Of a stretch of DNA of 64,000 nt, positions 9,916-24,910 are shown piece after piece. The notes beneath the pieces were generated by a model that had not been told where the DNA came from, did no database searches, and was given only the letters and a program-made list of their open reading frames with translations. The number at the start of each line of letters is the position of its first letter. The stretch's first letter is position 1. The position numbers and the translations under genes are program-made. The stretch comes from Raja brachyura. Its lineage: Eukaryota. Location: assembly GCA_963514005.1 (NCBI GenBank), contig OY740804.1:34472001-34536000 (forward strand), given 5' to 3'.

Positions 9916-12318
9916 AATTAAATAAATAGTATACATTTTTCATGTCTTCAATATGTGATTACAAAAACTTCATATAGTGTTTTTGACTAGCCTTACGCAA
10001 TTCATTAGGTTTTTTTGCAAACACTTATGGTAGTAATGTTTAGAGTATCACATAATTCAACTCCATTAATTGCATGCAAGTTGAAATAAAGTAATACATC
10101 AGCTTATTTTTGCTTTATTAAAAAACGTTTGCCTCATAATTCAAAACAATTTTCATCTGCCTCCGATTTTGTGTGATAGCATTTTTACATTGATTCAACA
10201 TGACTAACTTAGTGTTTGGAAGTTACCATAACCACTGGTACCCTCTTTGGGTCAGAATTTAGCTGCTAATGTTTCCTTTAGTAAACTGGACTGATGAATG
10301 GTGGTGTGCCTCAGGAAGGAACCAGAACAGTACATAATATAATTGTATTTACATTTGACCTTGGAAGAATCTCCTTATTAGTGTATTTTGAGGCTGAAAC
10401 TGCACTGGCATGTATACTCTACAGCAATCCTCCAGAACATATCCTTCCCACAATGTTGTTTGACTGTGTAAGGTTCTGGCATTTGTCTCTATCTAACATG
10501 ATTGCAACCATTTATTTTTGTTGCCATCTCCAACGATTCCTCTGATTTTGCCAAATATCAAACAATGCAACATTTTTCCCCAAAAAGCCCTTGTCCAAAA
10601 TCAAAATGTAGTACATCGTCATTATAAAAACAGTTTTTGTAGCTTATAACATGCACACCTTCACAAGACTTCTACCAAACGACTGTGAATGGCGTGACTC
10701 AATAGAAAGTATTCATCTTCATTTAGACTTTAGAGGACGATCATCCTGCTTGAATTTTATCTGTGTGCCTACGTCTCTCACTTGAATTGTGCATAATTAT
10801 TATCTACTGCAGGGAGCCCTCTTCAATCCAATTTTCATAATGTTTTTGTGGCTGACCAGTGCCTACTGCTGTAGAAACACCAAAGCCTTGGTCAAAGGCA
10901 TCCATGTGGATGTATCCAGTTTGGTGAGGGCTAATACTTTTTTTTAAATTTAGCAGTACATTCCTGCTCTGCAAAAAGTAGTTTGAGGGTTTATTATCTC
11001 TTCTGGTGTTAGAATTTGAAGTTGTGGGGCCATTGATAACATTTGTTGTGGATTATAGTGAAATTAAGTTTTTGTGGCTTGTTTTTTCAGTATAACATTT
11101 CATGTGCAAAGGCTGGACGTCATAAGACCTCATGTACGTGTCGGTGAGACCAGAATGGTGTAGGTTGTGCTGCAGGGAGTGACAATGTTTTGTAATAGAA
11201 TGGGTCAATGAGCATGTTGCGGCTGACGTCCTTGGGTAGGAAGTCGGTGAGCTTGGTTCAGGTAGTTAAGCAAATTATATGCACTGATTGGCATGCAGGG
11301 GATGTGGCTCAAATTCAGCAGTTCTTGATTTTGTAGTTGGGAGTATTCTCGGGCTGATGATTAGACAACTGTGTCCACTAGCATTAAGGTTTTGCTGAAA
11401 ATAAGAACTCTTTATTGTTTATAGCTACATTCAGTTGGGAAGGCATTTTTTAAATATATGGTTAAGTAGATAAGTCTTATTTGATTACAAAAACTGAACC
11501 AATCTTCTCGGTTTCCTTGTATGGCACCTTTGCTTTAGATGATATAAAATATAGAGCCATGTTTTAAACTAAAAGATGGCTAACATATACTTTACAACAT
11601 TTATGTTCATACATTTATTGAAATTGAAGGATTTTTGGGTACATTCACAAAATATAATGTGATCAATTTTCCCTGGCAGTGTGAATTCCTGCTGTTGCAT
11701 TTAATCTTTTTAGTGTAGTTGGTTTATTAACATTGCTGGATTGCCCATCTTCCAAAATTCATGTTAATTGTAATGTTGTAGAAGCGGTTTTGATGTTATG
11801 GTACATACAGTGTGGATTTGGCTAGCTTTGACAATTCCTTGTGTTATATTAGAAGTACCATATGAAACTGTCATTCATTTAGTCAACACTGATATTCTGG
11901 CATAATAACTATATAAGAAAATAGGTTTACGTCATTCCTAGCCTTTATAAGAGTTTTCGTTATAAAGGGTGTAAACAATTTTAACCAGTACATCCTTTTG
12001 ACCAGGGTGGGTGTGACTGAAGTGCTAGTAAGCATTACAGCGGCTAGCATTGTAATTGTTCACCTGTTTTTCCCATCCTAATTAAACAAATTTACAACAG
12101 AGTAGCAGTTATGTAGCTCATTTTGTCCTTTGCTAAGAAAGCTGCTAAATCTGATCCTACCTTGATCTTGTTGCATCTACTTGTCACTCCTGCCATGCTA
12201 AATGTTCAACCAATAACTTTTATGTGTCTGGACAGAATTCTGCCTTTACCATTCTTTCAAGGCAGTGTGTTCACATCACCACCGAGCTGGAAGTGGAAAA
12301 CATCTGATCAACTAGCTA

Positions 12319-13831
12319 CAGTGCCTTCCATAATGTTTGGAACAAAGACTCGTAATTTATTTATTTGCCTCTGTACTCCACAATTTGAGATTTGTAACGG
12401 GGAAAAAAGTAACATGTGGTTAAAGTGCACATTGTCAGATTTTAATGAAGGCGATTATTATACATTTTGGTTTCACCTTGTAGAAATTACAGCTGTTAAT
12501 ACATAGTGTTCCCCCCCCCAAATTTCAGGGCACCATAATGTTTGAGACGCAGCATTGTCATGTAAATGAAAGTAGTCCTGTTTAGTATTTTGTTGCATAT
12601 CCTTTGCATGCATTGACTGCTTGAAGTCTGCAATTCATGGACATCACCAATTGCTTATTTGGGGGGGCTTGTCGCCTTCTGTTTTCCATTTATTACCATT
12701 TCCATTGACCATTTATTAGCTTGGAAAAACTCATTTGTTGCTTTAGCAGTATGTTTGGAATCATTGTCGTGCTGTAGAATGAACCGCCAGCCATGTGTTT
12801 TCTGACATTTGAAGTGTCTATGCACTTCAGAATTCATTATGCTACTACCATCAGCAGTTGTATCATCAATGAAGATAAGTGAGCCAGTACCTTCAGCAGC
12901 CATACATGCCCAGGCTATAACACCTCCACCACCGTGTTTCACAGATGAGGTGGTATGCTTTGGATCTTGGGCAGTTCCTTTTCTCCTCCATACTTTGCTC
13001 TTGCCATCACTCTGATATAAGTTAATCTTCGTCTCATCTGTCCACAAGACCTTTTTCCAGAACTATGATAGCTCTTTTAAGTACTTGTTGGCAAACTGTA
13101 ACCTGGTCATCCTATTTTTGTGGCTAACCAGTGGTTTGCGTCTTGCAGTGCAGCCTCTGGATTTCTGTTCATTAAGTCTTCTGCGGACAGTGGTCATTGA
13201 CAAATCCACACCTGACTCCTGAAGAATGTTTCTGATCAGTCGGACAGGTGTTTGGGAATTTTTCTTTATTATAGAGAGAATTATTCTGTCATCAGCTGTG
13301 GAAGTCTTCCTTGGCCTGTCAGTCCCTTTGTGATAAGTAAGCTCATTAGTGCTCTCTTTCTTCTTAATGATGTTCCAAACAGTTGATTTTGATAAGCCTA
13401 AGGTTTGGCTGATGTCTCTAACAGTTTTATTCTTGTTTCTCAATCTCATAATGGCTTCTTTGACTTTCATTGGCACAACTTTGGTCCTCATGTTGATAAA
13501 CAGCAATAAGATTCCAAAAGTGATGGAAAGACTGGGTGCTGAGAGCTCTTATGCTTGCAATAAGAAGGCAATTAAATATACCTGAGCAATTACAAACAGC
13601 TGTGAAGCCATGTGTCCCAAACATTATGGTGCCCTGAAATGGGGGGGGGGGGGGAACTATACAGCTGTAATTTCTACATGGTGAAACCAAAATGTATTAA
13701 AATGGCTTTTAATAAAATCTGCCAATGTGCACTTGTGATTTGTGTTTTTCCTATTCCAAATCTCAAATTGTGGAGTACAGAGGCAAATAAATAAATGATG
13801 GGTCTTTTTAGCGAACATATGGAGGGCACTG
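12319..13831 (-). mobile_element. Tc1/mariner DNA transposon (long-TIR type) with decayed transposase
   Basis: TA|CAGTGCCTTCCATAATGTTTGG...CATATGGAGGGCACTG|TA, with TIRs of about 230 bp carrying internal direct repeats. ORFs 13063-13506 (HTH: ISQTLGLSKSTVWNIIKK, ARRKPL) and 12655-13047 (WTDETKINL, VKHGGG, QHDNDSKHT). The region carrying the final catalytic Glu is deleted. Confidence 0.95.
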
Positions 13832-15164
13832 TATAATAGTTTTAAGCTCACCTGACCCATTGAGGTTTATCTTACTTGGATTCCAGCTAGCCCTTCCTGG
13901 CATTATTTTTCATTTAAAATATCCTTGATGCCTTTGACTTCTCCACCTTGTTTATTAGTTTGATCCAAATTTCTAATATATATTTTAATTGTGGGTTTAT
14001 CTTAATTTGCATTCAACCTTTGTTTCAGAAAGTAAAGGATCTAGGTGAAAAATCGACATGGACATGCTGTTGGTATTAATGGAGACGGGCATCGTGCTTT
14101 AGAAGAGATCACACTGTGGTCTTGTCAATTTATGTTAGTGGTTGTTGTGATTTATAATCGTTCATGATACTTGTCAAGGGAGAAGGTATTTCACTGGTAA
14201 TTTGGTCAAAAATGTATCACTTTACCAAGCATATGTAAAATGTTGCCTCATTTACGTCGTCATGTTTGTGGGCTTTTTTCTTTTGTCTTTTGAGATATCA
14301 TCAAGAATGAAACTGGACTGTCATGTTTCTCTCCTTTGCAGATCAATTGCTAACCAGTGAGCACATTTTTTATTTTGTAAATTATATTCATAAATACCTT
14401 GGTAGATATGACAATTTATGATGAGTGTAGGAGCTATGGGGGAAATATGTGGATTGCACACGGGTATTTTAACTAGTTTAGCGAGTGGGGAAAGAGATTT
14501 GATGTGCATGCTGATTTAAAAATAAATAAATTCTGAGATGTGGGAGAATTTGTTGCTGTCAGACAACTCTTTGAGGAGAGTCTTTAAGAGATGGGGGGGG
14601 GGTTCCACAAACTGGAATAATTCTTCAGCGAGCACCAGGAACTAAGTAATGCGACTTAAAATAAATTGTCACTTTCCCACGTAATGTGGAATTTCTGTGG
14701 TTAATTACGTTTTTATTTTGTTTATTCAGGTTCCTGCTGGAAAGACTGATCCTGGTGGAGAAGTAAGGAATTGTAAATTCTGGTGCCATCATTTATGGTG
14801 AAGCAACTTGCTATTCTTTCAAAGGAGGAGTGGTGCTTAAACAAGAAGCTATTGGTGGTGTTACTTGAATTGAAAATTTGTGCTGGTGGAGGAACTTGTG
14901 CAGGGGATCTAGTTTGAGAGAATACTGGCTAAAATACAAAAACAATTGTGGACTGGGGAACCTCTGGATGCTACTTTGCCTATGAGGAGAGCTGCTGGCA
15001 TAACTGCTGCTTCTACAAGGTAGGTTTGCCTTTTGTTTTCCATTGGCTTGTGTATTTCGGGAGGTTCTGGATTAATATAGTTAAACCAGAGCAAGACATG
15101 GGATAAGAATTTCCATGAGCTTAAGCAGTAATTGAATGGTATGTAGTGGTGTTGAACATAACGA

Positions 15165-15735
15165 TCAAAACAGAAAGTGCCGGAGGCACTTGGCAGATCA
15201 GGCAGCATCTGAAGAAGGGTCCAGGCCTGAAATGTCATCTGTCCATTTTCCTCCACATATGTTGCCTAACATAGAAACATAGAAAATAGGTGCAGGAGGA
15301 GGCCATTCGAGCCAGCACCGCCATTCATTGTGATCATGGCTGATCGTCCCCTATCAGTAACCCGTGCTGCCTTCTCCCCACATCCCTTGACTCCATTAGC
15401 CCCTAGAGCTCTATCTAACGCTCTTAAATCCATCCAGTGATTTGGCCTCCACTGCCCTCTGTGGCAGAGAATTACATAAATACACAACTCTCTGGGTGAA
15501 CAAGTTTCTTCTCACCTCAGTCTTAAATGACCTCCCCTTTATTCTAAGACTGTGCCCCCTGGTTCTGGACTCGCCCAACATTGGGAACATTTTTTCCTGC
15601 ATCAAGCTTGTCCAGTCCTTTTATAATTTTATATGTTTCTATAAGATTCCCCCTCATCCTTCTCAACTCCAGTGAATACAAGCCTAACCTGCTGAGTTCA
15701 TCCAGCATTTTGTGTTTTGCCTCAGATTACAGTAT
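15165..15735. mobile_element. Palindromic Penelope terminal-repeat derivative split by a CR1 insertion
   Basis: Left arm caggcagcatctgaagaagggtcc...gttgcctaac; continues at 15689 as ctgctgagttcatccagcattttgtgttt. Confidence 0.6.
15271..15681 (-). mobile_element. CR1 LINE 3' end with 7-bp TSD
   Basis: Tail (aaacatag)n followed by aggtgcaggag..ggccattcg. Translation SRTRGHSLRIKGRSFKTEVRRNLFTQRVV is the CR1 ORF2 C-terminus. TSD GCCTAAC at 15264-15270 and 15682-15688. Confidence 0.88.
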
Positions 15736-17184
15736 GTACACTTCCTTGACTCCATATATGTAATGACAGTGGATTAAAAATGCTTTCTTATAGTGAGTGT
15801 TATACAGACATAATGTTATATATCATTATTTGCCTTGTTAATTTTATGTGCCCTTTATATAAATGATGTTGCAATGGTTTTTGTGGGTTAAGGACAACTT
15901 TGTCTTTCTTGATTCATCTGGAAAGTAATTACTTTCGGATCATTTGAAAATTTGAAGGTCAGAATGGCTATTCTAAGCATAACACCAAAATAGAATGGGG
16001 AATCGTCAGTGTGTCTGAAACCCTTAAATGTTTTAAATGTCTGAAACAAAACAGAAAATGTTAAGTACACAGCTGAATTATGATCACGCACAAAACTTTG
16101 GCCCTTGCTCTTTGCAGCTACATTAGATTACTTTTTCATTTGCTCTTTTCCTTTTTAAAGTTGAGGTTATAAAGGTTTAGGCGAAGGTAGTGCAATTGAT
16201 TCTGTTGCATTATAAGTGTCATGACATGTTTTTATATTTGCTAGTAATGTTATATCTAAATAAATGGATAGCTTGCTATGGACTATCCCAAGCTGACATT
16301 AAGTTGAGGGAAAGTGGTACGCAACAAATTGGTCTCTGGGGCCAAAGGTTTGATACACCAAATTCAGGAAATCGCTTTCAGTTTAGATGGTCAAATATTA
16401 TTTTATTTGAAGGATGATTTTTTACTAATCTTTGACTTTTCATAACACCAGTTCTGTCCCTTTTCCAATTTGTATTAGTGCCCCCTATTTTCAGAATAAT
16501 ATTTATGTCCACATCTGCTTCTTACCTGATCCCACAATAAAAAGGGAAAAAAGCGAATTTGCTTATTTAGAATTTGCTTATTTCGTTTATCTATCATAAG
16601 GCTGTCCTTTATCGACTCGTGTTCACACTGGCAGTTTCTTCCTGTGATTTTTAAACTTGCTGGCAGCCTGTTTCTTCCCTTTTTCTTGGAGTAAATGATG
16701 AACAATTGCTTTATAATCCTTTATTATTTTTGTATGATTTTGAAATTCATAAAAGTTTGTTCTTTCAGCATCCTTCAACTTTCTGACCCTTCAGCACTCT
16801 ACATCTGGAATTGGACAAAGACTTCGATTTGGTAAAATCTGGAAATACGTCTTCCACTGATAACTCTGAGACCAGAAACTGGGGGCGCCTTGAAGGTGCG
16901 GTGGTTACCACTGTTATACATTTTCCCCAGAATGCATAGGTTATCCTTATTGCTTCAATTTCCTTTCACATCCTGTGCTGAGTGATGAGCATGTTAATTG
17001 ACCACTGTAAATTATTGTAGCAATGTACTGTCATATGTCACTGAGTAATAGGCAGGGGAATTGAGAGGTGATGGTTGTTGCTGTGGATGTGATAGAAAAC
17101 AGTTACAGGGATGGAATTGGAGTAATGGGATTACTTGGTGAGCTGAATGCCTTATGCCATGAAATAGCTGCATGCCTAACCAGA

Positions 17185-17650
17185 AAGGGCTGGCTGTGTC
17201 CCTGGACAGAGTTGAGGGAGGAGGTGCAAGGACAGGTGTTGCATCTTCTGCAGTTGTGCGGAAGGCGAAAACGGGTAGAGTTGGGAAGTTGTGATTAGTG
17301 TTGGGATCCCGTTGGAGGTGGCAAAAATTGTGCAGGATTATGTGTTGTATGCGATGGCTGATGGGCTGAAAGGTAAGATCTATTGTGACTAGGGGGAGCA
17401 AGGGTGGAGTTGTGGGGTGCTGAGGAGACACGAGTGAGGGCCTCATCTATGATGGGAGAGGGGAACCCCCATCCCCTAAAGAATGAGATATCTCGGATGT
17501 CTTAATATGGAACACCTCATCTTGGGCACAGATGCGGCATAGATGGAGGAATTGGGAGATGGGGATAGAGTCTTTGCAGGAAGCAGGGTGGGAAGAAGTG
17601 TAGTTGAGGTAGCTGTGGGAGTCAGTGGGTTTGTAATAAACTCGCTGAGT
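17185..17650 (-). mobile_element. Penelope-like element fragment (RT C-terminal region/linker)
   Basis: VYYKPTDSHSYLNYTSSHPASCKDSIPISQFLHLCRICAQDEVF; reverse complement of the copy at 47550-48100. Confidence 0.85.
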
Positions 17651-18302
17651 TACTCGGCTTTTTGTGTCTATGATGGGGTGGTGGTGTGTTCTTGGTGATA
17701 ATCTTTTCAAATACCTCCAACATCTGCAATCATACACCTGTGTCCTGGTGGAGAACAAGAATGGTCGCACTCAAGCTAATTTGTTTGTCACTGCTCAGTC
17801 TGTACTCCATGTATCGATCTCCGACCCCATTTCTATTTATCACTCTTAACCTAAGGAAATCTGGTAACCTCAAATTGGAAAGGAGCTCAGACCCGTCGTG
17901 TTTAGTCTCTTCTGTCTATTAAATTACATTTTTTTAAAATACTGAATGTAAACTGCAAGTTTTTGTTAATCTGTACTTTTTGTTTTCTGGAATCCTGTCA
18001 AATCTAATCTTAATCTGATTTTAAGATTGTGTAAACCTCAGTTTAAAGTTAAATCATTGTTTTAAAATGTGGTTAAATTACCGGAAATTGGGTATTGATT
18101 TTTGATTTCAGAATTATTTAGTTGATTTAATGCATAACAATTTATATCTTCATAAATATGCTGGTTTTCCAAATTTCTCAACCAATTTGTCAATGCTTCA
18201 GGTTTAACTTTGTTCATACTTCCAATTGTCACACATGCATTTAAATGTTTTTGTTATAGATTTATTTATTTAAGACTGAATTGATTTGTTTTAAGGATAG
18301 TT

Positions 18303-18585
18303 TAAGAAAGAACTGCAGATGCTGGAAAAATATAGTATTTGTTTCAATCTCATTTTTTAAATGTAACTAGAAAATGCTAGTAGTACTCAACAGGTTGGGC
18401 ATCATCAATGGTGAGAACAAGAGAGTTAATGTTTCAGATCAGTTACTTTAAGTGAGAACATGGGATCAATGAAAGGTCAGCAGCCCAAAATATTCTGTTT
18501 TCCCCTCGCTTTGGGTGTTGCTTAACCTGGTCAGTATATCCAGCAAACTTTGTTTTTTTTTCAAATTTACAGCATCTGTAGGTTT
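18303..18585. mobile_element. Decayed Penelope terminal-repeat / hairpin derivatives
   Basis: aagaaagaactgcagatgctggaaaa, aaatgctagtagtactcaacagg...ccagca...acagcatctgtag, matching the ends of the element at 47210-49209. Confidence 0.5.
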
Positions 18586-20524
18586 TATTTGCTTTAAATA
18601 TTTTTGGATGGTTACTGACAGTGGTTTGGTTGGATATGCTGCTTTATAAAATTATCACAACTTGAGTAAATCTATTCCCCTTCTGGTGTTAACTTTACCT
18701 ATTGTTTATAAAGGTTTAAGTGTCTCAATAATCTACCTTGTTCTTTTTTGGTGCCCTTTCTGGCGCATGAATTATCCAGCCAAGTATTCTATAAAATATT
18801 CTCAGCTGAAATATTTCCTTCCTTCAGAAACTTAATTAACTCTTCTGAATTCCCAGATAATTTGTCTTGCTATCCTTTTCTCTAAAATTTTAAGATTGAG
18901 TACTATAAATCTGATTTGTGATGGGTCATTGATACGGTGTATATTACTTTAATAAATATGTGTGCTGAACTTGACACATAATCATCTAACTAAATAGTCA
19001 AAATTTTAGTCCAGGAGAATTAAATGTGAAAACCAGAACTGATTCCAATGTGATGTGGATTGGAACTCTATCTGCATCTTGTAGATTTTATTGCTGTTAT
19101 AGATTTATTATGACAAGATTAACTAAAGCCTAAATCTAACAGTAAATTAAATGTTTATTCTAGCAAGATTATTGCATTGTGTGCTGGAGTACCAGATACA
19201 GTTGGAAGTATCCTTAGAAAGTATAATGGAAGATAATGGCAAATGAAACGTGAGATGGGCATAAGAGAGTGACATAAATATCATCCTTTTTCGCCCTACC
19301 CCCTAAAAAAAAAAAGACATTATGATTTACAAAATGTTACCTTTTTTCTTTGAATGGCTGTAAAGGAATATAATACTTCATACTTCATCCTCTCTTAATG
19401 TGTGAACCTATTTTTGTAGGAGGCGAGGCAGCATTATATGGCCATTGCACTGACATTTTACCCATGCTTCCAGAAAAGGTTGCTTGAAAAATTTCTATCC
19501 CTGATGTAGGTTGCAGAAATCTAAAGTAATTGCTCAAGGACTGCCCTCCCTTACAATTAGCTCGCTCATTGCTGCACCGTTCCTGCTTTGTATGATTCGG
19601 TTCTACTCCACGTGGCGCATATATAACTAAATAGCAAAAGTTTATTTTTCTTTTCTCCTGCTCTTTCTTTTGCACAGTTTTCTCACCGCTAAGGATACTG
19701 CCTCCAGCTGAGTTATGACCGCTCGAGTGCTGGCAGGGCAATGGTACCTCAACCAAGTAACCACCCTTCATGTGTGAGCTTAAACAATGATTGGCAGCGG
19801 GCTGCATGACAGGTGGGGGCAGCACATCTGATTTCAGTTTCATCTTTAGTAGTTGCCCATGCACAGTCATTTTTCGACAATGGTTATTGGTTAGCAATTT
19901 GAAGCGGAAGCTCAATTTATTTTTATTGCATTGCATGGTTTAGAACATTAGGTCAATTCTAGCACTCACTATGACTTGGCTGAGAATTCCCCCTGCAAAG
20001 CTGAAGATAAATATCAGACCTTTCTTTCAACCTGACTGCCACCTCCAATGATGTGTTTGGCACAGATTACTTCTAAATACTAAGAATTCTACTGTTAGGA
20101 CCACAATTGCACATTTTTAAATGTAACCCCAGGTGAAAAATCTTGGGTTGCACCTGAATTTGACCTTGCAAAATGTAAAACTTATATTTTACTATATGCT
20201 GCATTAACACCTACATCTGAAGACGTGTCATGGCAAAGCAATAGGTAATTCAGGAAATTCCTCTTGATTTTATGTTTATATATTTCAGGAATTGAATGCA
20301 TGTTTCGATTTATGGGGGAGAAACAAAATCACTCATAAGGACTTTTAGTTCGGTCAGCTTCAGGAATTTGTCCAAATTTGAACATGTCCACATAAGTTTT
20401 AATAGAGTAAAATGCATTTTTTTTTATTTGAAAAGGTAGAGTTAATGCTTCCATTCTGTTTGAAACGCCATGATAACTGTTGTCTGCTCTCTGCTTGCTA
20501 GTAAACAGGAAATGTTTGTTTTAG

Positions 20525-21742
<1,218 letters not shown>

Positions 21743-23419
21743 TAAAGTTCTAATTTTGTTTCTTGTGATGGTTGTAGAGCATCATAATTTGTGTTCAGTC
21801 TTGATATCACTTCGAAGCTTTGAATACTTTAGTTGCTGGGATTCGTTTACATCTCATTGGATAAATTTGGTAATTTCATCAGCAACTATGCTTAAAGTGC
21901 TCAGCATAAGATCAGGGTGCATTGCTCATCTACCATTTCGCCCATTTGTCTGCCTTTTTGGGTAAATTTACGTCTGAATTATGGCTTTAGAAATGTGCAT
22001 TTCTACCATTTATTCTGTGGTTGCTTCAAGGGGTGGGATGGGAGTGAGATATCAAGGTACTGTCTAACATCAGTGGAGCAATAAGTATAAATGGAAATAG
22101 TGTATAGCATGAAAGTTGTTTAAAACTTTAGTTATGTTGGTCTGACTGCATTAATGTAGTATCTGAATCGGTAGTTGCGTCATTTTTGGTGCCTAGTTTA
22201 TTTTGGCCTGAAACAATTGCTTACTATTTGTATCAGCAAGCAATACTTAGCCCATAGATAGATACTATTTTAAGTCCAGAAGTGTGAGCTACTGAGCTAT
22301 TGAAGAAAATAATGAGACGTATCGGAATTAAAGAAGTGAAAATTTAAATTTACCTTGATAAAATAACAAAAATTCCAACTGTGCTCCAAGACTGAGAGCC
22401 ATGATTTGCAATCAATGGCTATACTCCTGACAGTAAGGAAATTGTCAAGTCGGCTTTGAAGGAATGCTTAATGTTAAAGTCAATGCCAGATATGAAAAGT
22501 TGGAAATCAGAATTGCATAGACGTGATGATGATTGCAGCGTTTTTCTTTTGTTGTAAAATTTGTGTTTGAGGAAACTGCCTAGGCTCTAGCAAGGTCAAT
22601 GATATGGGGAATACTAAGGCATTTGTATATTATATTTAAAATGTGGCAAAGCATGAGTTTATATACTTTTAATTGTCCTAAATATATCAACATTAATGTA
22701 TTTTTAGAAAGAAATTCAAATAAGAAACCAATTTAAAGTTTGAATATTATTTAGGCAACTCGCTTTGCATAAATGCATGCATTGTGTGGAGTGCATAGTA
22801 TTATGGATCGACAGTAACTGCTTCTACCTTTTAGCAATACTATTTCACTTTTGGTAGTTTCTCTTGAAATTCGGTAGCTTGATATTTCCCAGAGTTGTCT
22901 GGTGATTTGTGTCAAATAAATTGAATATTAAAGCATTGAAGTAAAGAAGACTACTAAATCCTTGAAGAAAAATTGTCTGAAAGCTTGATTTGGGATGTGA
23001 TTTTGTAAGCATTAGTCCCATTTGCAAGTTAAATTGAGTTATCAGATGAAGATAAATGTTTACACGAGTTATTTACATAAAATTGTATTAGATGTTGAGA
23101 AATGAATTTAGAATATTTGGACGTACCTAAGGCAGTATTTAAATTTTGATTCTGCTGCCTGTACAATATGAATCTTGCAGAAACCTAATGATTCCTGTTG
23201 GAGATTCAGTATATCTTTATTGGATGTACTGTTGAAGGATTCTGCACTACAAAGAAGGGAAACCAGTTGGTTTTGTGAAATCGGCCTACTGATAAATTTA
23301 TCCTACAAAATACACTGAAAATTGTATATTATGTTGCCTCGGGTGTATGATTTTATTTTTTAATCGCTGCCTTGAAAACATATTAGCTGTAATAGTGACT
23401 CTGCGTGGTTGTGTACTTC

Positions 23420-24910
23420 TGAACGTTTATCCCTTATTCTTCCAAACTCTAAGGAGTACAGACCCAAACTGTTTCTTGTAATATGACAATCCTCTCATCC
23501 CAGTAGTTTGCCAGGTCAATTTCCTGTGGACGGCCTCAAATGCCATTGTCTGCATTTTTTGGTAAGGGCTCTAAAGCTCGGCACAGTACTCCAGGTGTGT
23601 CCTCTTCAATACCTGATGCAATTGTAACAAAATCTTATTTTTAATCTCCAAACCCTTTTCCATAAGGCCAATACGTTATTTGTTAATTTAACTCTTTGCT
23701 GAATCTTTGTGATTCATACAATAGTATGGGTGGCACGGTAGCACAGCGGTAGAGTTACTCCCTTACCTTACCTTGGAGCACCGGAGACCCGGGTTCAATC
23801 CAGACTACAAGTGCTGATGCTGCAGAGTTTGTATGTTCTTTCTGCCATGTGGGTTTTGCCCGGATGCTCAGGTTTTCTCCCATACTTCAAAGAAGTACTG
23901 GTTTATGGGTTAATTGGCTTTGGTAAAGATTGAAAATTGACCCTAGTGTGTGGAGTAGGACTAGAGTGTGGAGTTCAATGGTCAGCGTGGAGTCGGTGGG
24001 CCGTAGGGCCTATTTCCACGCCGTATCTTAAAACTAAACTAAACATTTAGACCCATTTAAACTAATCATTCATTTCCAATGTCTCTGCATTAAGATAATG
24101 TGCTTTTAATTCCTCCTACCAAAGTACATAACCTCACAATTTCCCACATCCTACTCCATTGTCAGATTTTTGCTTGATAATTTATTTCATATCCTTTTGC
24201 AGGGTCCCAGTATTCCTCTTGCCCGTCCACATATTTTAGCTCCCTTTTTCCAGGTTATAAATAGCAAATAATTGTTTTCCAAAGAACTGATACCCGGAGT
24301 ACTCCACTAGTTACATCCTTCAAACCTGAAAAGGAGCCTTTTATTCTAACTTTTGATGGGCAGTTTTGAATTCATACTTGCATCCTTTTTCCAGTATCAT
24401 GAGCTGTTCATTAGTCATAATTATCACAGCTCATTATTGTCAACCCAATAGGTCCTTTCTATATGCCACTACAGTGAATGCGTCTGACATCTTTTGACAT
24501 GGAGAGATTGGTTCATGGACCAGTTGCCACATGGTTCTTGACTGAGACCGACCCAGTTCTAATGATATGAACTCCACAATTGTTAGGAGTACTTCATTTG
24601 ATTTGCTGTTCATAAAAAAAAATGTTGACTTGGTTTGATTATATTAAACCTCCCTAAATGAATAACCTTTGGTTATTGCCTCTATAATCTAACAATAGAT
24701 GTGAAACTGCATTGCTGTTTCCTGACTTTTGACCACCTTCCTCCTTGTACAAGGGTTACATGTTTGCAGTTTTCCAATGCACTAAATCACTCTGGTGTGT
24801 TCTGAATAATTTCAAACAATGTGTGCACTGTCACTGCAACCACTTCCTTTAAAACTCCTGAATGTGGGTTATCGGGTTCTGGTTACTTGTCTGCCTTTAG
24901 TCCCGTGAAT
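23420..24910 (-). mobile_element. Old CR1 fragments with a nested SINE
   Basis: acagtactccaggtgtg, ataacctcacaatttcccac and tctggttacttgtctgcctttagtccc are typical antisense CR1 ORF2 motifs. Confidence 0.55.
23728..24044 (+). mobile_element. tRNA-derived SINE (V-SINE/HE1-like)
   Basis: gggtggcacggtagcacagcggtagag (A box), GGTTCAATCC 23792-23801 (B box), (aaact)n tail. Paralogous to 4726-5025. Confidence 0.85.

Noticed and set aside
19385-19936. 183-aa antisense ORF
   Set aside because: No recognisable motif or exon structure, so treated as a chance ORF. The region is reported for other reasons.
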